64,000 nucleotides of DNA, taken from the IMG/VR virus record IMGVR_UViG_3300011336_000135, positions 2,871-66,870 of that record. One strand, given 5' to 3'. The DNA is from a virus (taxonomy: Duplodnaviria; Caudoviricetes). The notes beneath the pieces are model-generated. The model made no database searches and was not told where the DNA came from. It saw only the letters and a list, made by a program, of their open reading frames with translations. The position numbers and the translations under genes were made by a program. The stretch's first letter is position 1; the number at the start of each line of letters is the position of its first letter. Positions 55,498 through 63,007 of this stretch are shown piece after piece.

Positions 55498-55678
55498 CCC
55501 CGTGCCTCAAGCACGCGTAGCGTTAGGCCGCAGACTCTGCCTGCAATGTGGGGAAGAGCACGCTCGGGTCGAGCGCCGCTCGTGGACCGTGGCACCCATG
55601 CACAAGAGCAACTACATGCTGCTCGTGGATCGCTCGGACCTGCTGGGTATCAACAACAAGGGTGGACTCCACCGTTAA
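55466..55678 (+). CDS. DksA/TraR-like C4 zinc-finger protein
   Basis: CPQCGDPVPQARVALG..LCLQC, after AAGGAAG. Confidence 0.6.
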   Translation: MTKHICPQCGDPVPQARVALGRRLCLQCGEEHARVERRSWTVAPMHKSNYMLLVDRSDLLGINNKGGLHR

Positions 55679-55697
55679 TAATTAGGAGAAGCAGATC

Positions 55698-55943
55698 ATG
55701 AACCTCCCAAACATCTACATCGTGGAGCATTGGCTCCCCTTCCCATCGTCCGAGTACGGTGGTGTGCAGATTGTCGTGGCCGAGAGCGATATGCACTGCG
55801 AACGCATCCTGGCTGATGCAGTGGACGACTACCACAAGCAGCAGTACCCCGGCTACCGTGAGCGGATTGCCAACGAGATCAAGAAAGCCAAGCGGTACCC
55901 CGTCGATGCCGAGTGCGGCATCGTGCATGAGTTCTTGACCTGA
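55698..55943 (+). CDS. Hypothetical early protein
   Basis: AGGAG RBS; PFPSSEYGG. Confidence 0.7.
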   Translation: MNLPNIYIVEHWLPFPSSEYGGVQIVVAESDMHCERILADAVDDYHKQQYPGYRERIANEIKKAKRYPVDAECGIVHEFLT

Positions 55944-55963
55944 CAACACCGAAAGGAAATGAA

Positions 55964-56134
55964 ATGAACGGATACATCGCGTTTTACAAGGGTAAGAAGT
56001 TGGAGGTGTACGCCTCATCGTCTTACGAAGCGCAGCAGAAAGCCGCTGCAATGTTCAAAGCAAAGAAGTCTTACGAGGTCACAGTTATGCTGGCCGAGAA
56101 GGACGGGCAACAAGTCACGCACGTAGCGGAGTGA
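55964..56134 (+). CDS. Small conserved phage protein (56 aa), not in ORF track
   Basis: MNGYIAFYKGKKLEVYASSSYEAQQKAA.MFKAKKSYEV; AAGG RBS. Confidence 0.7.
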   Translation: MNGYIAFYKGKKLEVYASSSYEAQQKAAAMFKAKKSYEVTVMLAEKDGQQVTHVAE

Positions 56135-56136
56135 AC

Positions 56137-56367
56137 ATGAAAGTCAACATCGAAGTCACCGATACGTTCGGTCACGAGGCTAACTACTCGTGGGTAAAAC
56201 GACACACGCTAGACCTCATCGACACCTTGTCGAACTACGCAGTCGTGCGCCGTGTCAAGCAGCACATCGGCTGGAACGGTAAGCGTTGCACTACCGTTAA
56301 TTACGGTGACATGATAGAATTAAGACCTTACGGTGAATGCACAGTGTGCTTCATTACGTTCGCTTAA
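56137..56367 (+). CDS. Hypothetical early protein
   Basis: TDTFGHEANYSWV pattern; GGAG RBS. Confidence 0.7.
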   Translation: MKVNIEVTDTFGHEANYSWVKRHTLDLIDTLSNYAVVRRVKQHIGWNGKRCTTVNYGDMIELRPYGECTVCFITFA

Positions 56368-56377
56368 CCGCAGTTAA
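56364..56377. promoter_or_regulatory. TTAACCGCAGTTAA, copy 2
   Basis: Exact match, directly before CCAGGAG. Confidence 0.7.
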
Positions 56378-56390
56378 CCAGGAGAAAGAA

Positions 56391-57323
56391 ATGATTTCAA
56401 TCAGCACCGCCGCAATGCTCGGCAGCATCAACATCAGCGTGTGGGAAGCACGGAAGCAGGACCGCAAGACTGCGGAGGAGGTCACTGCCTCGAAAGGCGC
56501 ACGGTCCAAGCGTGCAGCTACGGTACACAAGCACTTGTTCAGTGAGTGCCCCGCCCTTGAAGCCATCAAGTCCCTGCGTGGCGAGGTGCGCAACTGGTTC
56601 AATACCCAGACCCTGCCGTGGGACGACAACGGCAGACGCCTCATCACGACGGCGCAGTACCTCAACGTCATGGGGCAGGCCGCTCGGTACGAGCAGCGGT
56701 TCAACGACTTGGTGCGTGTGTTCGTGCAGACCTATGCCACCGAGATCAGCAAGCAGGCTTTCGAGATGGGTGCCTTGTTCGACCGGTCGGAGTACCCGCC
56801 CGAGTCCGAGGTCGCTGCCAAGTTCCGGTTCAGCTTCACCGTCGAGCCCGTGCCTGAGTCAGGTGACTTCCGGGTAGACGTTGGCATCGCTGCCGCTGCT
56901 GATCTGAAGGATCAGTATGAGAAGGCCGTCGCGGTCCGGGTGTCAGGCGCTATGGCCGATGCGTGGGACCGCGTGAAGACGCAGGTCGAGTGGGTGAAGG
57001 AGCGCATGGAGGCTGTGCTTGCCTACGACCCTGACGAGGTGGAGAAGGTCGAGGAGCGCGACGACACGGGCGCAGTGGTCTCGGTCGAGATCAAGAAGAA
57101 GCGCCGCCCGAAGCTGTACGACTCGATGCTGGAGCAGGGGTTGGAACTCACTGCCTTGTTGCGTGACCTCAACGTCACCAATGACCCCCGGCTTGAAGCT
57201 GCACGGGTAGCGCTCGAAACGGCACTGAGCCGGGTCGATATGGACTCGTTGAAGGAGAGCCCGGAGTTGCAACGGGCCACACGGACAGCGATGGAAAACA
57301 TCCTGTCGGAATTTGCACTGTAA
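56391..57323 (+). CDS. DUF3150-like protein
   Basis: W.ARKQD...V...K.LF...TLPW...G.RL...FV..Y...LF..SEYP; lies upstream of the AAA+/vWA pair. Confidence 0.65.
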   Translation: MISISTAAMLGSINISVWEARKQDRKTAEEVTASKGARSKRAATVHKHLFSECPALEAIKSLRGEVRNWFNTQTLPWDDNGRRLITTAQYLNVMGQAARYEQRFNDLVRVFVQTYATEISKQAFEMGALFDRSEYPPESEVAAKFRFSFTVEPVPESGDFRVDVGIAAAADLKDQYEKAVAVRVSGAMADAWDRVKTQVEWVKERMEAVLAYDPDEVEKVEERDDTGAVVSVEIKKKRRPKLYDSMLEQGLELTALLRDLNVTNDPRLEAARVALETALSRVDMDSLKESPELQRATRTAMENILSEFAL

Positions 57324-57344
57324 TTAACCCGCCCCTTCGGGGGC
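57324..57344 (+). repeat. 21-nt repeat with UUCG hairpin before an RBS (second copy at 57806-57826)
   Basis: TTAACCCGCCCC-TTCG-GGGGC followed by TCAGGAGAA in both places. Confidence 0.7.
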
Positions 57345-57360
57345 TTCTTCAGGAGAAATC

Positions 57361-57795
57361 ATGTTTGACATCAATAACATCATCAACGCTGCCCTGAACG
57401 CAGCCGTCACCACTGCCATCACCCCGCTGCTGGAGCGTATCGACAACCTCGATGCCATTTGCCAGACGCAGCACGAGGGTATGGTGGCTATGCGTGACCG
57501 CATCACCGCTCTGGAAACCAAGCTGACTGAGGCTGCGCTCTTTGCGCAGACCAGCAACGTCACGATCACCATCGACGAGGCCAAGATGGTCGAGGCACTC
57601 AACGATCAAGAGTGGTTCTGGTCAAAGATCAACGATTACGTCGAGCGCCAGATGGACGACCACCTGCAAACTTACGACCACGACAGCTACGACGCTGTTG
57701 TGTCCGACAGCGATGACTTCGTGAAGTCGGATGATCTGGAAGATACCGTGCGGGAAGCCGTTGGCAACCTGTCTTTCGAAGTCAGCGTCAGCTAA
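57361..57795 (+). CDS. Hypothetical acidic coiled-coil protein
   Basis: CAGGAG RBS; acidic helical sequence. Confidence 0.7.
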   Translation: MFDINNIINAALNAAVTTAITPLLERIDNLDAICQTQHEGMVAMRDRITALETKLTEAALFAQTSNVTITIDEAKMVEALNDQEWFWSKINDYVERQMDDHLQTYDHDSYDAVVSDSDDFVKSDDLEDTVREAVGNLSFEVSVS

Positions 57796-57809
57796 TTAAC
57801 CGCAGTTAA
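57796..57809. promoter_or_regulatory. TTAACCGCAGTTAA, copy 3
   Basis: Exact match, just after a stop codon. Confidence 0.7.
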
Positions 57810-57842
57810 CCCGCCCCTTCGGGGGCTCATCAGGAGAAGCAA

Positions 57843-58895
57843 ATGAAACTCAACATCAATCAATGCGCCAACCTCGTTGGCAACATCGCACAGCACACCA
57901 CCGTGCTGATTGAAGGCCCGTCAGGCACCGGCAAATCGTCAATCCTGCACATGCTCGCAGAGAAGTTCCCGAACCATCGCCCTGTCTACATCGACTGCAC
58001 ACAGATAGACGTGGGTGACATTCAGATCCCCGCTGTGGATCACGCCACGAAGACCAGCACGTTCTACCCGAACGAGATCTTCGGCACCCACGACACGAGG
58101 CCCATCGCCCTGTGCCTGGATGAGTTCGGTAAAGCCCCTCGCCCTGTGCAGAACGCACTGCTTCCTGTGGTTTTGGATCGTCGCGTCGGTCATCGCCCGC
58201 TGCCCGAAGGGAGCTTTGTCTTCGGCACCACGAACCTTGCCAGCGAGGGCGTGGGTGACAGCCTGCAAATGCACGTTCGCAACCGTATGTCGGTGGTGAC
58301 GATGCGCAAGCCGACCGCTCCCGAGTGGGTCGAGTGGGGCGTAGCCAATGGCGTACATCACGCAGTGCTGGCCTGGGTTACCGATACGCCGCAGGTGCTG
58401 GCCGAGGAGGACACGGTATCGAGCCCTGACCAGAACCCGTACATCTTCCACAGGCAGGAGCAGCGCAAAGCGTTCGTGACTCCGCGTTCCCTCGCAGCCG
58501 CAGGTCGGATGCTCAACAGCCGTGAGGCGTTGGGTGATGACGATGCGATGCGCTGTGCGCTGGCCGGTGCCTTGGGTGCCCGTGCTGCGCTGGACCTGAT
58601 GGCGTACGTGGAGTTGGCCGATGGCCTGCCGACCTGGGCTTCGATCATCAACGCACCGGAGCAAGCCAAGCTGCCGACCACGCCGACCACGAACATGATG
58701 ACCGTGCACCGTGCTGTGCATCGCGTCGAGAAGGACACGCTCGACAACGTGCTGAAGTACATGGCCCGCCTGCCGAAGGAATTGCAGGCAGTATTCGCAA
58801 CCAACCTGCTGAGGCAGAAGAACAAGTCAACGTGGACCGCACTCAACCGGGAATTTACTCGCTGGTGTGTTGACCACTCCTGGATTTTGCGTTAA
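57843..58895 (+). CDS. MoxR-like AAA+ ATPase
   Basis: GPSGTGKS Walker A, LCLDE Walker B, GTTN sensor 1, VRNRM Arg finger. Confidence 0.9.
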   Translation: MKLNINQCANLVGNIAQHTTVLIEGPSGTGKSSILHMLAEKFPNHRPVYIDCTQIDVGDIQIPAVDHATKTSTFYPNEIFGTHDTRPIALCLDEFGKAPRPVQNALLPVVLDRRVGHRPLPEGSFVFGTTNLASEGVGDSLQMHVRNRMSVVTMRKPTAPEWVEWGVANGVHHAVLAWVTDTPQVLAEEDTVSSPDQNPYIFHRQEQRKAFVTPRSLAAAGRMLNSREALGDDDAMRCALAGALGARAALDLMAYVELADGLPTWASIINAPEQAKLPTTPTTNMMTVHRAVHRVEKDTLDNVLKYMARLPKELQAVFATNLLRQKNKSTWTALNREFTRWCVDHSWILR

Positions 58896-58905
58896 GGAGG
58901 TAATC

Positions 58906-60123
58906 ATGAAAGCCGAAGACAAGATCACCAAGGCACGCACCGCCATCATGCGTGACCCGCGTTTCGTAGCCATGTCCGGTGTGCTGATGGTAGGCAACTG
59001 GGAAGTGCGCGATGACATACCCATCGCTGCAACCAACGGCAAGGATGTGTTTTATGGCCGTGCGTTCGTTGACCAGTGCGACGACAAGCTGCTGCGCTTC
59101 GTTGTGCTGCACGAGTACTTTCATGTGATGCTGATGCACATGACTGTGTGGCAGAAGATGTTTGAGGAAGATGCGCAGACGGCGAACTTCGCTGCCGACG
59201 CAGTGATCAACCTCATGCTGCATGACCTCGACCCACGGGGTGACTTCCTCACCGTGTTGGAGCACGCTGTGCTCGACCAGCAGTACCGTGGCATGGACAC
59301 CGGCGAGGTGTATCGGGCGCTCCGCAAAAACGGCAAGGGGCAAGGCGGTGGCAACCCCCGTTCAGCCAACGGTGGTAAAGCCAAACCGATGGACGAGCAT
59401 CGACCGGCGAAGCCGGAAGATAAGGACGGCGGTGACGCCAAGGGCGATGGCATGAAGCCGTTGACTCCCGAGGAAGCCAAGGAGGTGCAGAAGACTGTGG
59501 ACACAGCCCTGCGTCAAGGCGCACTCATCGCAGGCAAGGTCGGTGCCAATGTGGACCGCACGTTCGGTGATCTGCTTCAGCCGCAGGTCAACTGGGAGGA
59601 TCAGTTGCGGGAGTGGCTTCGTACCACGGCAGTGGGTAACGACCTGTCTACGTGGCGCAAACCGGCGAGGCGGTGGCTGGGGCAGGATGCCTACATGCCA
59701 AGCCGCTACACCGAGGCAGTCAAGCGTGTGACCATCGGTGTGGACACATCAGGCTCCATCGGCCCTGACCAGTTGCGCCGTGCCCTGACCGAGATCATGT
59801 CAGCCTGCGAGTCTGTCCACCCCGAGATGGTCGATGTGATCTATTGGGACGCAGCCGTGGCAGGGCATGAGGTGTACGAGGGTGAGGCAGTGCAGACGCT
59901 GCCTGAAACGACAAGACCACGGGGTGGAGGGGGGACACGCGTGGGTTCCATGCGTGAGTACATGGAGCGCGAAGGTATCGAGCCCGATGCGACGATCATC
60001 TTTACGGATGGCTACGTCGAGGCAGGGTGGGGTGGTGCGTGGCCTGGGCCTGTGCTGTGGGCGATCAGCACCAAGGGTATCACTGCACCGTCAGGTGTGT
60101 CGTTGTTTGTTCCGGCTGCTTGA
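58906..60123 (+). CDS. DUF2201-type metallopeptidase plus vWA domain protein
   Basis: IAATNG, VLHEYFH (HExxH), N.AAD..IN, VDTSGS MIDAS, GGGGT, IFTDG; start after AAGGAGG. Confidence 0.88.
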   Translation: MKAEDKITKARTAIMRDPRFVAMSGVLMVGNWEVRDDIPIAATNGKDVFYGRAFVDQCDDKLLRFVVLHEYFHVMLMHMTVWQKMFEEDAQTANFAADAVINLMLHDLDPRGDFLTVLEHAVLDQQYRGMDTGEVYRALRKNGKGQGGGNPRSANGGKAKPMDEHRPAKPEDKDGGDAKGDGMKPLTPEEAKEVQKTVDTALRQGALIAGKVGANVDRTFGDLLQPQVNWEDQLREWLRTTAVGNDLSTWRKPARRWLGQDAYMPSRYTEAVKRVTIGVDTSGSIGPDQLRRALTEIMSACESVHPEMVDVIYWDAAVAGHEVYEGEAVQTLPETTRPRGGGGTRVGSMREYMEREGIEPDATIIFTDGYVEAGWGGAWPGPVLWAISTKGITAPSGVSLFVPAA

Positions 60124-60168
60124 GCGGACCGGGTGTCGCCCCGCGATGCGGGGCTTTAAGGAGAAGTC

Positions 60169-60471
60169 ATGAGCAAGAAAGCTGAATTTGATTTGGTCAT
60201 CCTGTCTGGCCTAGGTCACAGGGATTTCGCTGTGCCCAAAGATGCAGCGATGGCAATCTTCAATCTCTTCGCAGGGCACGACATATACGAGGTCACCAGT
60301 GAGTGGGTAGGCGGTGACGTTGGCAGCATTCAGATTGCAAAACTGATAAGTTCTGACCAGAACCCCACCATCAGAACGCTTGGCCCGGTGCAGTTCCACC
60401 AGATGCTGGAGAACCAACGCGTGAGGGAAGAAGAGAAGGAAGCCAAGAGAAAGGCAAAGGAGAATGCTTGA
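60169..60471 (+). CDS. Hypothetical protein
   Basis: AAGGAG RBS. Confidence 0.65.
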   Translation: MSKKAEFDLVILSGLGHRDFAVPKDAAMAIFNLFAGHDIYEVTSEWVGGDVGSIQIAKLISSDQNPTIRTLGPVQFHQMLENQRVREEEKEAKRKAKENA

Positions 60472-60760
60472 TCAAGAGCGCAACCCGCACACAACCTACC
60501 GAATAACCCTCTGGCCCAATGACGGTCTGTACGAGGTCGTGGTCTATCCCAAGGCACCTGAGAAAATCTTCAGTGCGGCGTACAGGTTTGACCTACTGCC
60601 TCTGTGGATACAGGAGACTGTCCGCCTGCTTGACTGGGCGCATCCCGAAGATGTCAAAGGTCTAGGCAGGAGAGTGGGGGACGACACGTATTGGGTCGAA
60701 GCGTTGGACTACACCGATGCGTATGCCATGTGGCGAGAACACACCGCCACGCAGTGTTGA
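60464..60760 (+). CDS. Hypothetical protein
   Basis: AAGGAG RBS; LPLWIQE...GRRVGDDTYWV. Confidence 0.65.
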   Translation: MLDQERNPHTTYRITLWPNDGLYEVVVYPKAPEKIFSAAYRFDLLPLWIQETVRLLDWAHPEDVKGLGRRVGDDTYWVEALDYTDAYAMWREHTATQC

Positions 60761-60784
60761 CAAGGCCCACGAGAGTGGTAACAT
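60757..60784 (+). promoter_or_regulatory. Sigma70-like promoter
   Basis: TTGACA-N16-TAACAT with TGn. Confidence 0.55.
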
Positions 60785-60826
60785 CGCCCTCCCGTTAACC
60801 AAGCACTACGGTGCGAAAGGAAAATT

Positions 60827-61066
60827 ATGTTTGAAGTTCAAGCTGGTGTGCCGATGACGAGCGCACGCCGTGGCCGTAAGGCTGTGGAATTCCCGTTTGC
60901 AAGCATGGACATTGGTGACAGCTTCCTTGTCCCGTGCAATGTCGCTGCCAAGAACGAACTGAACAACTGGCGTCGGAAGATCCTGTTGGCGAAGAAGGCC
61001 TTTGGTAAGGGCCAGTTCGCAACCGGCACCGTGTCGGACGGCATCCGTGTCTGGCGTACCGCTTAA
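60827..61066 (+). CDS. Small putative DNA-binding protein
   Basis: FPFASMDIGDSFLVP...GIRVWRT; has its own promoter and terminator. Confidence 0.7.
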   Translation: MFEVQAGVPMTSARRGRKAVEFPFASMDIGDSFLVPCNVAAKNELNNWRRKILLAKKAFGKGQFATGTVSDGIRVWRTA

Positions 61067-61076
61067 CTGCGGTTAA
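61063..61076. promoter_or_regulatory. TTAACCGCAGTTAA, copy 4 (inverted)
   Basis: TTAACTGCGGTTAA overlapping a stop codon. Confidence 0.7.
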
Positions 61077-61086
61077 CCCCGCACTC

Positions 61087-61113
61087 AACGCTCTGCCTCG
61101 GCAGGGCGTTTTT
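61087..61113 (+). terminator. Intrinsic terminator
   Basis: AACGCTCTGC-CTCG-GCAGGGCGTT followed by TTT. Confidence 0.7.
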
Positions 61114-61184
61114 GTTGCCGAAACGAAGTTGAGGCATCCGCCCGAAGGGCGGTTAGGCTAAACGAAACTTACAAGGAGAAACAA

Positions 61185-61346
61185 ATGACTACCAAACAAC
61201 TCGTTCGTCACGCTCGTGAACTGTGGAATTCCCCACTGGTGCCTCCGCAGATCAATCGGCACAATCGAAAGGCTTGGGTCAGGAGCGTCCTGCGCCTGGG
61301 CGACAAGTGGTTGTTGGCGCAACAAGTAAGGAGGATCACGCAATGA
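61185..61346 (+). CDS. Small conserved protein (53 aa), not in ORF track
   Basis: AAGGAG RBS; WVRSVLRLGDKWLLA. Confidence 0.7.
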   Translation: MTTKQLVRHARELWNSPLVPPQINRHNRKAWVRSVLRLGDKWLLAQQVRRITQ

Positions 61347-61564
61347 ACAAGGAGTACCACGACGGCACCGAACCTGACACGCTGCCGCACTACACGTTCT
61401 GTTCAGGGCCTTGCAACCAAGGCAGAGCGCCATGCCCCTGCCCGGTGGCATGTGAAAAGGAAGACGCTGTCCCAGACATCACCATCCTTGGTCTGTTCAT
61501 CCGGTTTGTCATCATCACCCTGGCCTTCGTTGGTCTGGGTGCAATCGTAGGAGTATGGGCATGA
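61343..61564 (+). CDS. Small Cys-rich membrane protein
   Basis: AAGGAGG RBS; CSGPCNQGRAPCPCPVAC plus a C-terminal TM segment. Confidence 0.65.
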   Translation: MNKEYHDGTEPDTLPHYTFCSGPCNQGRAPCPCPVACEKEDAVPDITILGLFIRFVIITLAFVGLGAIVGVWA

Positions 61565-61743
61565 AAGTTGAAGTCACACATGCAAGCATCGTCAACGACA
61601 TGGGTGTCGTTGCAACGGTTGAACTCGTTGATGATGTCACCGTGAAGATCAATGTAAATCAGTACATCGGTTGGAACGACTGGCTTGACCTGACCGATGC
61701 AGTGCGTCGGGTGATGTTGTTGATGGAGGTGCGCAATGACTGA
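61561..61743 (+). CDS. Hypothetical protein
   Basis: AGGAG RBS; overlapping chain of genes. Confidence 0.6.
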   Translation: MKVEVTHASIVNDMGVVATVELVDDVTVKINVNQYIGWNDWLDLTDAVRRVMLLMEVRND

Positions 61744-61924
61744 CGAACAATTCCGACAGTTGTGCAACGTGTATGGCTTTGCCCCCAGCAGGGCACTGCG
61801 GGAGTTGCTGGACTGCGTGAGAGCGCAGGAGATTGAGGCGTGTGCGAAGGTGTGTGATCAGTGGAATGCAAGTCACCCGGAGGCGCTTGCCGCCGCCATC
61901 CGAGCAAGAAAGGATAAGCAATGA
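61736..61924 (+). CDS. Hypothetical protein
   Basis: GGAGG RBS; EIEACAKVC...AAAIRAR. Confidence 0.6.
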   Translation: MTDEQFRQLCNVYGFAPSRALRELLDCVRAQEIEACAKVCDQWNASHPEALAAAIRARKDKQ

Positions 61925-62241
61925 CACAACCTGAAGCCCTGCGGCTGGCTGATGCGCTAGCCGCTTGGGAATACACCCGCACAGGACTGTGCGGACAAGC
62001 TGCCACCGAACTGCGCCGCCTTCATGCGGAGAACGCGATGCTGCACCAACGGCATCATGACGACAACGTGGAGTACATGCGAGTGCTGGCTCAGCGTGCT
62101 GCGCTGCTGGAGGCGTTGAAGGAGATTGCGGCGGATTACGCCGACAGGTTTGACCTTGATTGCCCATCAACGAACCCCGGCATCAAGTCCACCATCAAGC
62201 AAGCCCGCGCCGCCATCAAGGCAGCAGAGGAGAACACATGA
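61921..62241 (+). CDS. Hypothetical protein
   Basis: PEALRLADAL...AATELRRLH...ARAAIKAAE modules. Confidence 0.6.
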   Translation: MTQPEALRLADALAAWEYTRTGLCGQAATELRRLHAENAMLHQRHHDDNVEYMRVLAQRAALLEALKEIAADYADRFDLDCPSTNPGIKSTIKQARAAIKAAEENT

Positions 62242-62579
62242 CCGACCGCGAACTCCTTGAACTCGCTGCGAAGGCGGCAGGGCTGATGATCCATGAAGAA
62301 CGGCAAGCCGAACGCGATGCTTTGATCGGCCCAGAAAAGGCGGGGCTTTGCATCGTCAGCGTTTCAACTTGGTGGAACCCCCTCACCGACGATGGCGATG
62401 CGCTGCGGCTGGCGGTGAAGTTGGGGATGACGATTGAGCAGTGGTCGGAAGGTCATGTTTACGTCGGGCACCGCCATCCCGGAAATTTTGAACACGAGAG
62501 GCACAGAAAAGACCCCCTCGCCGCCACCCGCCGCGCCATCGTCAGGGCTGCGGCTGAGATTGGAAGGAGCATGAAATGA
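62238..62579 (+). CDS. NinX/ABA-sandwich-like phage protein
   Basis: MTDRELLELAAKAAG...WNPLTDDGDALRLAVKL...ATRRAIVRAAAEIG. Confidence 0.7.
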   Translation: MTDRELLELAAKAAGLMIHEERQAERDALIGPEKAGLCIVSVSTWWNPLTDDGDALRLAVKLGMTIEQWSEGHVYVGHRHPGNFEHERHRKDPLAATRRAIVRAAAEIGRSMK

Positions 62580-63007
62580 CCACCCTACGCGAAGCCGCCC
62601 AGCAGGCGCTGGAGGCGTTGGAGGATTTGGCCGACTGCGGCGCGGAAGCGTGGAGCGAACAGCGGCCTTGTGTGCAAATAGGACGAGAAGCCATCACCGC
62701 CCTCAAGACCGCGCTGGCAGAGCCAACTGTCAAGGAATCCTTACAAGTTCCCGCTGAAGTCGCTGCAACCATGACCACAACAGACATCGCATGGCTGGCG
62801 ACGTGCCGCCTGACGAAACTCTGGCAGGAACTTGGGCAGATGCGGTGGGCGGGTGCAGACGAAGGTTGGGACCGTGCCATTGAGGCAGTGCGGAGCCGTC
62901 TAAACGACGAGTGCCAAGCGGTGCTGGACTGGAAGGCGATGGCAGACCAAAGCCAAGCGACAGCGGTTGAGTTGTTGCGAAAAATGCAAGGGGTGAAAGA
63001 TGACTGA
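62576..63007 (+). CDS. Modular early protein
   Basis: N-terminal LREAAQQALEALE module shared with the next gene. Confidence 0.65.
   Translation: MTTLREAAQQALEALEDLADCGAEAWSEQRPCVQIGREAITALKTALAEPTVKESLQVPAEVAATMTTTDIAWLATCRLTKLWQELGQMRWAGADEGWDRAIEAVRSRLNDECQAVLDWKAMADQSQATAVELLRKMQGVKDD

Noticed and set aside
57324-57835. Hammerhead-like CUGANGA plus hairpin on the minus strand (both repeat copies)
   Set aside because: The conserved GAAA after stem II is absent (GGGTT instead), and CTGA(T/A)GA is simply the complement of the recurring TC(A/T)TCAGGAG RBS context, also seen near 6255.
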